Source: Eledone cirrhosa
Lineage: Eukaryota
Direction: 5' to 3'
Length of the DNA stretch: 64,000 nucleotides
Assembly (NCBI GenBank): GCA_964016885.1
Contig: OZ024744.1
Coordinates: 24,676,001 to 24,740,000 of the forward strand
Shown here: positions 23,650 through 38,462 of the stretch, piece after piece
Position numbering within the stretch: the first letter of the stretch is position 1
Layout of the letters: each line of letters starts with the position of its first letter
Notes under the pieces: model-generated
The model's input: the letters and a program-made list of their open reading frames with translations, nothing else
The model's database searches: none
Told to the model about the DNA's origin: nothing
Translations under genes and position numbers: made by a program

Positions 23650-23654
<5 letters not shown>

Positions 23655-24580
23655 TATGTATACGTACATACATATATGTATACAGACGTACAGTAGTATG
23701 TATATATATAGATACATGCACACACATATATATATGTACGTATGGATTTACCGAACATTTATTATAATGCTCGGTGTGTTTGTGAACAAACATCCCGGAT
23801 TAAAACGTACAGTGTCTAGCAACCATCGTTGCTCGTTTGTTCAACACTGACATAGGAACGCTGTACTAGTTTCAAGCTTGTTAGCTATCGTCAGCATCGT
23901 ATACCTTCCTGCCAGATGATTGAACGTCTGAAAGTATATACTTTCCTTATGCATATTAACGGCTGAGCAGCCCAATTTGCATATCGAGTGGGTTAATCGG
24001 CAGGGCCCACCGAAAACGATAAATGGAAAAAATGAAACGAAATTTCTTAGTACGGCTGTTACTTAAATATAAGTATGTATACGTACATACATATATGTAT
24101 ACATATATGTATACATATATGTATACATATATGCATACATATATATAGAGAGAGATGTGGCAGGAAGGTATACGGTGCTGACGATAGCTAATAAGCTTGA
24201 AACTAGTACATCGTTCCTTTGTCAGTGTTGAACAAAAGGGCAACGATGGTTTCTAGACACTGTACGGCTTAATCCGCGATGTTTGTTTACAAACACACCG
24301 AGCATTATAATAAATGTTCGGTAAATCCATACGTTTTCCCGTGTGTGTGCATGTATGTATATATATACATACGGCTTAATTCGGGATGTTTGTATACAAA
24401 CAAACCAGGCATTATAATAAATGTTCGGCAAACCCATACGTACATGTATATATGTGTGCATGTATGTACATATATACATACTACTGTACGTCTGTATATA
24501 TGTATGTACGTATACATACTTATATTTCAGTAACAGCCGTACTAAGAGTGAGAAATGAAATTTCCTTTCATGTTTTCCAT
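23650..24580. mobile_element. Inverted pair of a ~400 bp hammerhead-bearing non-coding element (third copy 43680-43990; terminus at 1720-1768)
   Basis: 23650-23912 is inverted at 24159-24525; each arm has the CTGACGA..GAAACTAGTA motif. Confidence 0.75.
24172..24214 (+). ncRNA. Minimal hammerhead motif (minus-strand copies 23858-23900 and 43818-43860)
   Basis: acggtg-CTGACGA(24178-24184)-agct aata agct-GAAA-CTAG-TA-catcgt; ACTAGT palindromic stem III. Confidence 0.8.
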
Positions 24581-24623
24581 ATATATATATATATATTTAT
24601 ATATATTTAGATAGATATATATA

Positions 24624-24683
<60 letters not shown>

Positions 24684-24713
24684 TATATATATATATATAT
24701 ACATATATATATA

Positions 24714-24759
<46 letters not shown>

Positions 24760-24840
24760 TATATATATATGTATATATATATATATACACTATATATATA
24801 TACACTATATATATATACACTATATATATATATATATATA

Positions 24841-24880
<40 letters not shown>

Positions 24881-24897
24881 TATATATATATACTATA

Positions 24898-24957
<60 letters not shown>

Positions 24958-24977
24958 ATATATATGTAAATATATAT

Positions 24978-25300
24978 ATTGTTATACTTTGGCAGGGTTA
25001 TGTTGCCAATAAGAAACACACGCACCAGTTGCTTCACTTCAATTTATTATAAATTAAATTTATAAATTTCCGGTTGTTTGGTTGGTTCCACAACCAGACG
25101 ATTGTTCATATATTGTCAAAGTTTTTTCGTCACACATTCTGTGACCTTTTAAGTGACTGGGGATTCTTTTCTTTGTTTTTGTGCCTCTGCTTCTGGTGCG
25201 TGTGTTTCTTATTGGCAACATGACCCTCCCAAAGTATAACAATATCGGTTTCAACACGCGTTTTCAGATGAAGAATCTTGCTAAACAAATTCATAAACGA
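24978..25300. mobile_element. pLTR-only fold-back remnant of the 55548-57205 PLE family
   Basis: ttgttatactttggcagggttatgttgccaataagaaacacacgcaccag is inverted at 25193-25245; degenerate hammerhead at about 25115-25157. Confidence 0.7.
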
Positions 25301-25311
25301 AATATATATAC

Positions 25312-25490
<179 letters not shown>

Positions 25491-25962
25491 CATATTTATT
25501 AAAATAACAGATTAAAGTTTAAAAGTTTAAGCAAAGAATCGCTGCTTTCACCCTTAATGGGATTTTCTGAAACTAACTCAAGCGGAAAATCATTCGGTTT
25601 CCTAGTTAGAATTTTAGTCAACGTCTTCAGTTATACCATTTACGTGGTTTTGTCTTTGCGTGCAATTGTTCTCCACGCTCCACATATGACGTATTATCTT
25701 CGTTTTTTTCGTTCATTGCCAGAGAGCGTCTCTATGAACCACCTAAGAGAACATTAGTCTACGACTTCTTTTATACCATAAACGCGGTTCTGTCTTTGCG
25801 TGTAATTGTTTTTCACCGCTCCTATTAATGACGTATTATATTCGTTTTTTCCCGTTCTTTGCCGGGGAACGTTTCCAAGAACCAAAGTATCGTCTTCCTG
25901 CCTTCCTCCGGTTGCAACGTTTTTTGAAATATTGACTTCTGCGTTTACGGATTGAATTTGTT

Positions 25963-26013
25963 AGTTTCAGAAGATCCCGTTAAGGGTGAAAGCAGCGATT
26001 CTTTGCTTAAACT
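25963..26013 (+). ncRNA. pLTR hammerhead fold with CAGAAGA core (copies 47934-47984 +, 46584-46634 -, about 32992-33041 -)
   Basis: agttt-CAGAAGA-t-ccc gttaa ggg-t-GAAA-gcag..ttgc-TT-aaact. Confidence 0.6.
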
Positions 26014-26167
26014 TTAATCTGTTATTTTAATAAATATTTGCTCTACGGTTCTTATATATTTGATATATATTTATCCTTATCGAGCCCTCTTTGGATTTTA
26101 GTCTTCAAATTTATTATTATTACTATTTGGCTCCCTCGGTTGAGCACTCTATTGACTTATATTCATA

Positions 26168-28298
26168 ATGCAGAAACAACATCTGAATATTTCTACAAAG
26201 AACATACCCGTACCAAGCAGGAAATCATAGCTAAAACTCCTGATACAGAAAAGAGACGCGTTCATTAAAAGGTTGCGTTGGCGTGCCTTTTATTTCGATA
26301 ATCCGCGAAAAGCAGACAACAAACAGGATAAATTTGGGTTTAAAACCTATAATAACCCTCCGTGTAACCTAGCATTACTACCCTTCGAAAATGATGTCTT
26401 GGAACTCATACGGAGTATCAAATTTCGGAATAGGAGCAATTCTTTCCAGCAAGACCTGAAGAATAGAATTCGTTCTATTAAGGATTCTAATGCCGTGCAC
26501 GTTCATTCCGATAAAACTGGCAACCTATATCAAGTGGAGCGCAGTACTTACCATCAACTACTACATAATGCTGCAATTAAGGATTACCGTAAAACTAATC
26601 GGTGCGTCATCAATGAAATCAACGATGCTGGGTTTAAAATCACCTCTGGTCTCAACATCCTGGACCGGACCGAAACTCTGGACCCTATTTCTCCCCACTT
26701 TACCCTGAAGGATCACAAATCCAATTTTCCGAACAACCCCTCTATTCGGCTTATTAACCCTACGAAGTCCGATTTAGGTACACTTAGCAAAAGGATTCTT
26801 GATAGAATTATACCTGAAATTAGAAGTTTGGCCCCTCTTGCACTGTGGAACAAGTGGAACTTCGCGGTGATTGATTGGTTCAATGGCATATGTAACAAGG
26901 AACATTGCCGTTTTATCCAATTAGACATCAATAATTACTACTCCTCCACCACTTTACCACTTCTCCTTAGAGCTATCAATTTCGCTAAAACACTCACAGT
27001 GGTTAAGAATTTCGAAGTTGATGTCATCCTCAAAGCCCGTAAGTCGGTGATTAATTTCGACGACTCTATTTGGATTAAAATATCCAATAGTACCCCATTC
27101 GACGTAAGTATGGGCGCCAGCGATTCTGCGGAGGTCACTGATCTTATCGGCCTTTTCCTCTTTTCTCTATCAAGGACGAATTCCCCAACGTGGGCGGTGG
27201 TTTGTACCGTGATGATGGTCTTTTGACCATGACTAAGTGCGGCCCTCGTGCTTGCGACAGGTTCAGAAAGGACTCACAGCCTTCTTTAAAGGCTTCAACC
27301 TCTCTATACAGGTTGAGGCCAATCTCTCGTTCGTTAATTACCTCGACGTTACCCTCAATTTATCGAATGGCTTGTATTACCCTTATAGAAAGCCGAATGA
27401 TACGCTTAATTACATAAGTAAGCATTCCAACCATCCTGCCAGCATAACCAAGAACCTGGTAAGAAACGTTTCTCTGAGGCTTTCCCGTCTATCTATTAAC
27501 GAGCATATTTTCAACGACCATTCCACATATTACAATGAAGCTCTGGCTCGGAGTAGATTTGTCGATAAGGTAGCATATACAGAGTACGAGAATAGACCTA
27601 GAGAAAATAGATCCCGACGCATTATATGGTATAACCCTCCATATAATATGGAGGTAGCCACACCATTAGCTAAGATCTTTCTATCCCTTATTACGAAGCA
27701 TTTTCCCCCTACACATAAATATTGTAAAGTTTTTAATAGAAATACTATTAAAATTTCTTACTCTACGACTCCTAACCTTGCACATAACATCACACCTTCA
27801 AATTTAGCTAAACTACCTAGCCGTAGGAACACGTGCAACCCTGTAGTTAGTACTAACTGTAATTGTAGGAATCGGGTTGATTGCCCCCTATCCGGGAAAT
27901 GCCTCTCTAGTAACATTCTCTACAAATGTAAGGTTGAAACACCCACGTCCCGTAGGGCCTACATAAGGTTAACCGCCAATAGATTCAAGCAGCGTCTTTA
28001 CATGCATACCCATTCTTTTCGTTACCCTCTAAAATGGAATATGACGTCACTTTCAGCTTATATCTGGAGTCTAAAAGACAACCACACCCAATATAAGTTA
28101 CACTGGGAGATCCTAGCTAGGGCTAGATCGTATAACGGAAATAAAAGACCATATGAGCTCTGCGCCGCTGAGGCCCTGGAAATACTCTACGCCACAGACC
28201 ACATCTTAAACAAAATATCTGAGGCAATTTCGGCTTGTAAACATAAATTGCACAAAACTTTCCTGTATTTCAGCCCCACATTATACCCTAACGGATAG
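26168..28298 (+). pseudogene. PLE RT + GIY-YIG endonuclease ORF (~700 codons; TAG at 26228, frameshifts near 27160 and 27270)
   Basis: MQKQHLNISTKNIPVPS, RLRWRA, SDKTGNLY, IRLINPTKSDLG, QLDINNYYSS, MGASDSAEVTDL, LYRDDGL, NYLDVTL, WYNPPY, CNCRNRVDCPLSGKC, ILYKC..YIRLT..FKQR..H. The paralog at 46370 has TAC at the TAG position. Confidence 0.88.
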
Positions 28299-29314
28299 TA
28301 CGACCTATACGCGGATATTTTACGTCTTGATATGGTAGCTAAGTATATGTTATGTTTATACCATTACTTATTTGCATAGGTAAGTATATATTACCTGTAT
28401 GTTATGGCGTATATTTTTATATATTCTGGTACATATGCTTTTGTTTATGTGTATACGTGAGTTTTGTTTCTGTGTGAGTATGCGGGTTCGTACGTATGTA
28501 GGGTGTGTGTATATGTGTACTTCGTGTTTTGGTTGACGTCGTCTCCGAACATTTGTGTATTTACATGTAGGTATGAGTGTGCGCTTGTTATATACGTATT
28601 TATTTATATACGTTTATTTAAGTATTTGTATACACGCACACACACACACACGTATTTATATGTGCGTGTATGTGTATACCTATGGCGAGTCTTTTCGCGT
28701 ATGCTTGTGTATGTACGTATTTGGATGCATGTATGTATTTATTTAATTTCAATTACCTCTGTATTTTATTTACTTTATTCTTAACTCTGAAGCGGAGAAT
28801 CATTCGGTTTCCTAGTTAGAATTTTAGTCTACGACTTAAGTTATACCATTTACGTGGTTTTGTCTTTGCGTGCAATTATTCTCCACGCTCCACATATGAC
28901 GTATTATCTTTGTTTTTTCGGTTCATTGCCAGAGAACGTCTCCATGAACCAGCTAATAGAATATTAGTCTACGACTATTTTTATACCATAAACGTGTAAT
29001 TGCTTTTCACCGCTTCGAATAATGACGTATTATATTCCTTTTTTCCCGTTCTTTGCCAGGGAACGTTCCCACGAACCAAAGTATCGTCTTCCTGTCTTCC
29101 TCCGGTTGCAACGTTTTTTGAAATATTCACTTCTGTGATTACAGATTGACTTTGTTAGTTTCATAAGATCCCGTTAAGGGTGAAAGCAGCGATTCTTTGC
29201 TTAAACTTTAATCTGTTAATTTAATAAATATTTGCTCTACGGTTCTTATATGTTTGATATATATTTATCCTTATCGAACTCTCTTTGGATTTTAGTCTTC
29301 AAATTTATTATTAT

Positions 29315-29390
<76 letters not shown>

Positions 29391-29774
29391 CTGGGAAGAG
29401 ATATATTACATATGTCTCATATGAAATAATACAGCCAATTTTCCACGCAATACTTTTAGTTAGCACCCTGAACGCTTAATTGGGAATATAATCACTGATT
29501 TCCTAATGTTTGTTGAGTGAGTTGGAATTTGGCCGGAGTATCGATAAAAAGTTTTTTCCGATATTGTATTTATTTATTTACTCTTGGAGCAACAGATTCG
29601 AAAAAATTCCCGGTATGAGGTCAGCATTTCTTTGTTTATTTTTTATATATGAATATTGATTGTTCCTTATATCTCATTCTGTTTTTTTGCCCTAGAAAAT
29701 ATCTGTGTGTCATCAAATGTTGTACACACATAGATATTTTTTCAGTTTCCAATTGAGTTCTTAGCACGTGGCCT

Positions 29775-31790
29775 GAATTCCCCCCTCCCGGTTCCTTTCC
29801 CTGTTCTAGGCCCCGCTGCAACACCTGTCCCCACATCACCAACACCACCACCTTCCAGGGTCCCAACGGCCACTCTCTCTGTCCGGCATGCCTTCCGCTG
29901 CACCTCCTCCAACCTAGTCTACGGAATTCTTATGTCGGACAGACGGGACGTCGCCTGGCGGACCGATTCACTGAGCACCTCCGGGATATTCGTATCGGTG
30001 GTAGTTCCCCCATCGCCCGCCACTTTGGTGGCCCTGGACATTCCGCACGCCATCTCACAATCTGTGGCCTACTCCAATGCCACGAACACCCGCCAATCGC
30101 CTTAGAGTCGAACAAAGAACTATCTTCATCTTACAGACCCGCACTCCCCCCGGCCTGAACTCCCCACCCTTATTCCTTTAGCCTTCGACCGCCCCCTCCC
30201 CCCACACTTATCCCCCACTAACACCACTAACACACCCCTCCTTTTCACCGCCCACCCCACAACTAACAATACTAACACTTCCACTCCATCCCTCATCCGA
30301 CCACCCTTCCCCAACTAACATACTAACATCCCTCCCTTCTTCTCCTCCCCCCTCCTTATCACACGCACACACCCACCGGCACATATATACACGCGCTCAC
30401 ACTAAACACACACCCTACTACCACCACTAACCCTCACGCCCACACATCCATCCCACCACCCCGCAACTAACCTCACTAACACCCCCTGCCCCCAAGCACA
30501 CGAACATACGCACCTTCTTACACCACCCACCCCACACGCAACTAACATCACTAACACCCCCAACCCCACGCACACGTACCCACACACCCTCATACACCAC
30601 CAACTCTACACACCCTACCACCACTAACCCCCTGTCACCTGCATTCAACCCTTTCCCCACCACCCGTATACTAACACCCACTAACACCCCCTTCATCAAA
30701 CTACACACACACCAGTACACCACACTCCCTCCATAGAACTACACACACCCTTCTCTCCCCGCTCCACCCACACCCTCGCTCCACACTCACTCATCCCACT
30801 AACACCTCTACTAATACACACACACACCCTCCTCACTCCAACTTTCACACCTACCCATCCTCGACCCTTTACCATTCCACCGACTGCTGCTATGCCCTCT
30901 GACCACCTCCCAGCACAAACAGACACACAGCACTCCCACCGCTTGATCACTTCCTGTTGCGCACGCACCCCACATCTCTCCTCTTCCGACCATCTCTTCA
31001 TGGAATACTCGTATGTGGAACTTGACCACCACGGAATCTACTAAACATCATAGGAGTTTACCAACATTTCAACCATCCTCTTATGGAATCACCTATATAA
31101 CTCACCCACACACACACCCAAAACAATTTTTTTTCTCCCACACGCCACCTATACCCACAACACGCTTAAACCCCACACACACGTGCTTTCTACCACATAT
31201 TTACACCCTCAGCCTCCTGATTCCTCTCCCCCCACCCCTCTATCCACACACGCACAGACACTCCGACGTACAACCCCACCCCCCACCCACCCCACACACA
31301 CACACCTCTTCCTGAACATGCAACCCCGTTCTTCCTCCAACCCTTACTTTCACATACACACACACACGTACACCTACACACACACACCACCTTCAGACCT
31401 CCCCGCTCGGACACCCCGTCTCCCTCTCCCCACTCCACCCGCCACCACCCCTACACACCGCACACCCTTCCACCACCTGTTTTACCCCTTTTTAATGTCA
31501 GTTTATTTTGATCATGCTTTTATATTTATTTTTATTTCATTCCTTTTATTTTGATCATGCTTTATTTTTATTTTTATTTTTAATTTCATTGGCACCGTTT
31601 CCTTTCGCTATATGTCTCTCCACCACTCCCCTACACACCCTTTGAACTCTGTTCCCACACACTTCTCACCTGAGGAAGGGCTTATGCCCAAAACGTCGTT
31701 CCCCACCACCACCCCACTCTCCAGAGCGTGAAATTAATAAACATTCGTTGTACTGCCTCTCTGTTTTGTTCGTGTTCAAATTTTTCCATT
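29775..31790 (+). mobile_element. 5'-truncated Neptune/Poseidon-like PLE: GIY-YIG fragment (29775-30185), C/A-rich low-complexity 3' region, pLTR terminus with degenerate hammerhead (31670-31700)
   Basis: PGSFPCSRPRCNTCPHI, CTSSNLVY, YVGQTGRRLADRFTEH, PIARHF, PPGLN; terminus shared with 5590-5880 and 48830-49020. Confidence 0.75.
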
Positions 31791-31819
31791 ATATATGTAT
31801 ATATATATATATATATATA

Positions 31820-32380
31820 TGTAGATAAATCTACCAAGAGTTTACGGTAGTGTCCAATCCGTATGAAGAACTCAATGTAATCCGGATATCATGGAAAGAA
31901 GAGATGCATTCAAAACTCACTTTCGGTGAAAGATAACCGGAATACAGAGTCAAGATAAAGTATTAAAAAAATAATGAATAAAACAATGAAACAGTTCCTT
32001 ATATTAAACAAAAAAAGTTCATTATTTAACGATCGTTTCTAGGACATATATGTGTTAGAATTGGCATGCATATTCAACAGATCTATGTACAAAATTATAC
32101 AAATTATACAAACTATCAAATCTAATATACATACCAACACATACATATGCCGTCTTCAGAAATAATATTATTTCTGAAGACGGCATATGTATGTGTTGGT
32201 ATGTATATTAGATTTGATAGTTTGTATAATTCTGTATAATTTTGTACATAGATCTGTTGAATATGCATGCCAATTCTAACACATATATGTCCTAGAAACG
32301 ATCGTTAAATAATGAACTTTTTTTGTTTAATATAAGGAACTGTTTCATTGTTTTATTCATTATTTTTTTAATACTTTATA
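31820..32380. mobile_element. Fold-back cassette: ~424 bp spacerless near-perfect palindrome (31955-32378, centre 32166/7) plus left extension
   Basis: ...gccgtcttcagaaataat|attatttctgaagacggc...; arms compared directly. Confidence 0.85.
32167..32313 (+). ncRNA. Hammerhead motif with ~115 nt stem II insert (mirror copy 32020-32166 -)
   Basis: attattt-CTGAAGA(32174-32180)...GAAA(32295-32298)-CGATCG-TT-aaataat. Confidence 0.7.
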
Positions 32381-32397
32381 TATATATATATATATAT

Positions 32398-32865
32398 GTC
32401 TCATGGTCGGCTCGTTGGCGACTAAACTGGCAACCCCACCAAGGTTTCTTGGTGAGGAGGGTGACTTTGGACATCCCGCAGGACTAAAAACAAAACCTGT
32501 CAACGGGCAAAGGAGCTCTTAAGAGTCAATGGCCATCCAAAATCACCGGGAGAGATGATATTTACCAAAAAGAAGAACAAGTCAACATCATTGGATACCA
32601 TCAGGGTTGCAGGTGTTATATCAGAGTTTTCCTTCTCCTACAATTCTGCCTTGACAAAGGCTAAGGGGTCATCTCTCCCGGTGATTTTGGATGGCCATTG
32701 ACTCATAGTACTGTGTCAATAATTGTCACAAGTGTAGTGTTTGTACCAGAGTTTTCAAGTTGCTGGCTAGACTAAAAAGTCACACTCGTTCAGCCCATCG
32801 GTAGGGGTTCTCCTACATGGATATAAAGTAGTGTCCGTACTCGAAAACGAGTTGGCAGCCACCAT
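32398..32865 (+). mobile_element. RTE-derived non-autonomous element with an internal inversion
   Basis: Same family as 50490-51070; segment 32553-32705 is inverted. Confidence 0.65.
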
Positions 32866-32886
32866 ATATATACATATGTATGTATA

Positions 32887-32970
<84 letters not shown>

Positions 32971-33048
32971 TTTATTAAAATAACAGATTAAAGTTTAAGC
33001 AAAGAATCGTTGCTTTCACCCTTAACGGGATCTTCTGAAATAAATATG

Positions 33049-33113
<65 letters not shown>

Positions 33114-33145
33114 GTATATATATATATATGTATATATATATATAC

Positions 33146-33261
<116 letters not shown>

Positions 33262-34590
33262 CTCTTTTACTCTTTTACTCTTTTACCTGTTTCAGCCATC
33301 CGGCTGAGGCCATGCTGGGGTACCACCCTTGTTGCTACACATTTTATCTCCAGCCTGTATATTTTGGCCACTGGTGTAAGAGGGAGTTTGTTGCTGCTGC
33401 CCTTAGGTTTCCCTCGTGTCTTGCTGTGGGATCATTCGGGATTCTGGATAACAAGGTGTCGAGATGTTTCTTGAAGACATCCATCTCCACGTCATGCAAG
33501 TCTCTCAGATCCCTCGGCAACCTGTTGAAGAGTTGAGGGCCCTTGAATCCCAGGCTATTGCAATACCTTCTCCTTATTCTAGATGTGGAAGACGGGACCT
33601 TTGGCACCACACAGTGACGTCCTGTTCGACGGTTGGTCCAGCTCCCAATGCCAAAGTTTGGTGCTAGTCCCTCCAGGATTTTCCACATGTAGATCACTGC
33701 GTATCTCTCCCGTCTTCGCTCCAAGGAGTAGAGGTTCAGTTCCTTTAGCCTCTCCCAGTAGCTTGTCTCCCTCATCTTGGCAATCCTCTTGGTGTAGCTT
33801 CGCTGGATTGCCTCAAGCTCCGTGGTTAGTTTGACACTATGGGATGACCACAACTGGGAGCAGTAGTCCAGGCGGCTTAGGACAAATGTCCTCCATAGTG
33901 TCAACATGGTGTCTCGATCTCTTGTCCGGAAAATCCTCAAGATCCAGCTAGCGAGTCATCTGCACATTGGCGCCACTTTCATGATGTGTGAAGAAAAAGA
34001 TGCATCATCGCTCATGTCTATGCCCAGGTCTCGTATCGATTTTGACACGGGGATATCGGTCCCTCTTGGTCCTGTGTAGTTGTGTTCCACTATATTTGTG
34101 TTTGCAGGTTTGTTTGGAGGTTTGTATTGTAGGGCTTGGAATTTGCCAGCATTAAACTGCATGTTGTTTTCTTCCGCCTATTTGTATATGGCATGCAGAT
34201 CCTGCTGTAAGAGGGCAGCGTCAGCCGGGTTTTTGAGTGCCTGTGCTACGTTAGTGTCATCAGCATAGCTAGTGAGGGATGTTGTTGTATGCACTACAGA
34301 GGGCATGTCTGAGAGAGCCATCAAAAACAGTAGTGGTCCCAGGACTGTCCCCTGGGGCACCCCACTTGTTATTGGTGTTTCCCTCGAGAGGGCCCCATTT
34401 GCTGCGACTGCCTGGCTTCTGTCCCTTAGGAAGCCATGCAGCCACTCACCTACTTTTCCAGTTATGCCGAGTCCGTGTAGTTTGTGACATATCATTCCGT
34501 GGTCGACCTTGGCAAAGGCCTTCGCAAAGTCAACATATATCACGTCCACATGTGAGCTGTCTAATATGGTCTCGCTACCCAGTCGTAGTG
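33262..34590 (-). pseudogene. CR1-type LINE RT 3' fragment with (GTAAAAGA)n tail
   Basis: [64 protein letters not shown]. Confidence 0.85.
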
Positions 34591-34624
34591 ATGTATATAT
34601 ATGTATATATATGTATTTATATAC

Positions 34625-34699
<75 letters not shown>

Positions 34700-34870
34700 C
34701 ATATATATATATACATATATATATAAATATTTACATATATATATATATACATATATATGTATATATATACATATATATATATATATACACATATATATAT
34801 ATCTATGTATATATATATATACATATATATATACATGTATATATATATACATAGATATATATATACGTAG

Positions 34871-34903
<33 letters not shown>

Positions 34904-34922
34904 AAAACATATATATATATAC

Positions 34923-35018
<96 letters not shown>

Positions 35019-35086
35019 ATACATATATATATACATATATATATACATATATATATACATATATATATACATATATATATATATAC

Positions 35087-35119
<33 letters not shown>

Positions 35120-35154
35120 CATATATATATACATATATATATACATATATATAT

Positions 35155-35206
<52 letters not shown>

Positions 35207-35327
35207 ATATTTACATATATATATACATATATATATACATATATATATACATATATATATACATATATATATACATATATATATATACATATATATATAC
35301 ATACATATATATATATACATATATATA

Positions 35328-35434
<107 letters not shown>

Positions 35435-35447
35435 ATATATATATATA

Positions 35448-36356
<909 letters not shown>

Positions 36357-36357
36357 T

Positions 36358-36388
<31 letters not shown>

Positions 36389-36511
36389 ACATATATATAT
36401 ATATATACACATATATATATATACATATATATACATACATATATATATATTGTTATACTTGGGGAGGGTCATATTTGTGTAATATTGCCAGAATTAATAA
36501 CAGAACACACT

Positions 36512-36572
<61 letters not shown>

Positions 36573-36583
36573 TGTCATACATG

Positions 36584-36726
<143 letters not shown>

Positions 36727-37720
36727 TAGAATTGGAGCTCTGAAATAGCAATATATATATGGATGTATATATAATGTATTTTGCAATACACTTTATGCTT
36801 AATTAAAAGCATTTTGAAGACCGTAAGCTATTGTTTTAAAGTAGTGACAAATTCACTCACTTCGATCTCAGCAAACAGGAGGAGATAAGCCGACATGACA
36901 TGTTTCGCTTTTGTTGAAGCTTATCAAGGTCAACTACCCCGCCCGTCTGCTGAGATCAATGATGTTATATTCTTATAGAAATCTAGTAAATAATCAGGAG
37001 CTGATTATGCAGACGGTCTTCAAAATGCTTTTAATTAAGCATAAAGTGTATTGCAAAATACATTATATTTACATCCATATATATATTGCTATTTCAGAGC
37101 TACAATTCTAATTTTTAATTTCTGCCTGACCAACAACCGCTCTGCATAATCAGCTCCTGATTATTTACTAGATTTCTATAAGAATATAACATCATTGATC
37201 TCAGCAGACGGGCGGGGTAGTTGGCCTTGATAAGCTTCAACAAAAGCGAAACATGTCATGTCGGCTTATCTCCTCCTGTTTGCTGAGATCGAAGTGAGTG
37301 AATTTGTCACTACTTTAAAACAATAGCTTACGGTCTTCAAAATGCTTTTAATTAAGCATAAAGTGTATTGCAAAATACATTATATTTACATCCATATATA
37401 TATTGCTATTTCAGAGCTACAATTCTAATTTTTAATTTCTGCCTGACCAACAACCGCTCTGCATAATCAGCTCCTGATTATTTACTAGATTTCTATAAGA
37501 ATATAACATCATTGATCTCAGCAGACGGGCGGGGTAGTTGGCCTTGATAAGCTTCAACAAAAGCGAAACATGTCATGTCGGCTTATCTCCTCCTGTTTGC
37601 TGAGATCGAAGTGAGTGAATTTGTCACTACTTTAAAACAATAGCTTACGGTCTTCAAAATGCTTTTAATTAAGCATAAGGTGTATTGCAAAATACATTAT
37701 ATTTACATCCATATATATAT
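36727..37720. repeat. 317-bp tandem monomers (~2.2 copies from 37014) preceded by an inverted partial monomer; each carries a hammerhead variant
   Basis: cggtcttcaaaatg recurs at 37014, 37331 and 37648; TTGATAA-gctt caacaa aagc-GAAACATGTC at 37227, 37544 and (minus) 36897-36927. Confidence 0.85.
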
Positions 37721-37936
37721 ATATATATATAACGAAGGAAATGTGGTAAGGAACCAGGTGGACCATAACGCACCAAAGTACTCAATACTTGAGGTAGTAG
37801 AGTGGGTAATAGGAACCAGTAAGACCCCGACAGCTGAGCTCAAGCCGTTTCGACGGCTAATTCTGGACCAAGAATTAGGGTCCAGAATTAGCCGTCGAAA
37901 CGGCTTGAGCTCAGCTGTCGGGGTCTTACTGGTTCC

Positions 37937-37978
<42 letters not shown>

Positions 37979-37997
37979 AATATGTATATATACATAC

Positions 37998-38146
<149 letters not shown>

Positions 38147-38340
38147 ATATATATATATATTTAACACATTAACAGAGAAAGCTTTAAGCAATACTCCGAC
38201 CGGCTTCCGTTTCACTCAACAAACATTAGGATATAGTTTAGTATAAACCCAATTATACGTTTGGGGGGCTAACTATACGTATTTTGCGGATAGCCAGATG
38301 TATTATTTTATATGAGACTTAATTAATATAAATCTCCCTT

Positions 38341-38462
38341 TCCAAACAATTATTTCATTATAAGTTTTCTACAAATTGGGAAAATAATGTCCAGGTTATG
38401 TAGAAGCCTACACATAGTCCGTAGGAATATATGTAGGTGGGCACTTATAAATCATCAGTGGA
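38341..38462 (-). ncRNA. Hammerhead motif with long stem II
   Basis: Minus strand: tcca-CTGATGA-ttataagt..acttataa-GAAA-TAATTG-TT-tgga. Confidence 0.6.

Larger units (their letters stand above)
25495..29320 (+). mobile_element. Full-length Penelope-like element, Naiad-like: inverted partial pLTR (25495-25577), 5' pLTR, ORF, 3' pLTR; inserted in (TA)n
   Basis: Direct repeats 25580-26125 / 28790-29320; inverted 5' segment; RT + GIY-YIG ORF. Confidence 0.88.

Noticed and set aside
26168-28298. Selenoprotein-type (in-frame TGA) Naiad
   Set aside because: The in-frame stop seen is TAG at a Tyr position (TAC in the paralog). Linker and CCHH cysteines use Cys codons, apart from one Cys-to-Tyr change; no in-frame TGA seen here or at 52470-52991.
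25580-29320. LTR retrotransposon, suggested by the long direct repeats
   Set aside because: No gag, protease or integrase, and no TG..CA ends or PBS seen; the ORF is PLE RT + GIY-YIG, so the repeats are pseudo-LTRs.
30190-31480. Val/Gly- or Pro/His-rich ORFs
   Set aside because: Low-complexity C/A-rich 3' region of a PLE; the frames are short and inconsistent.
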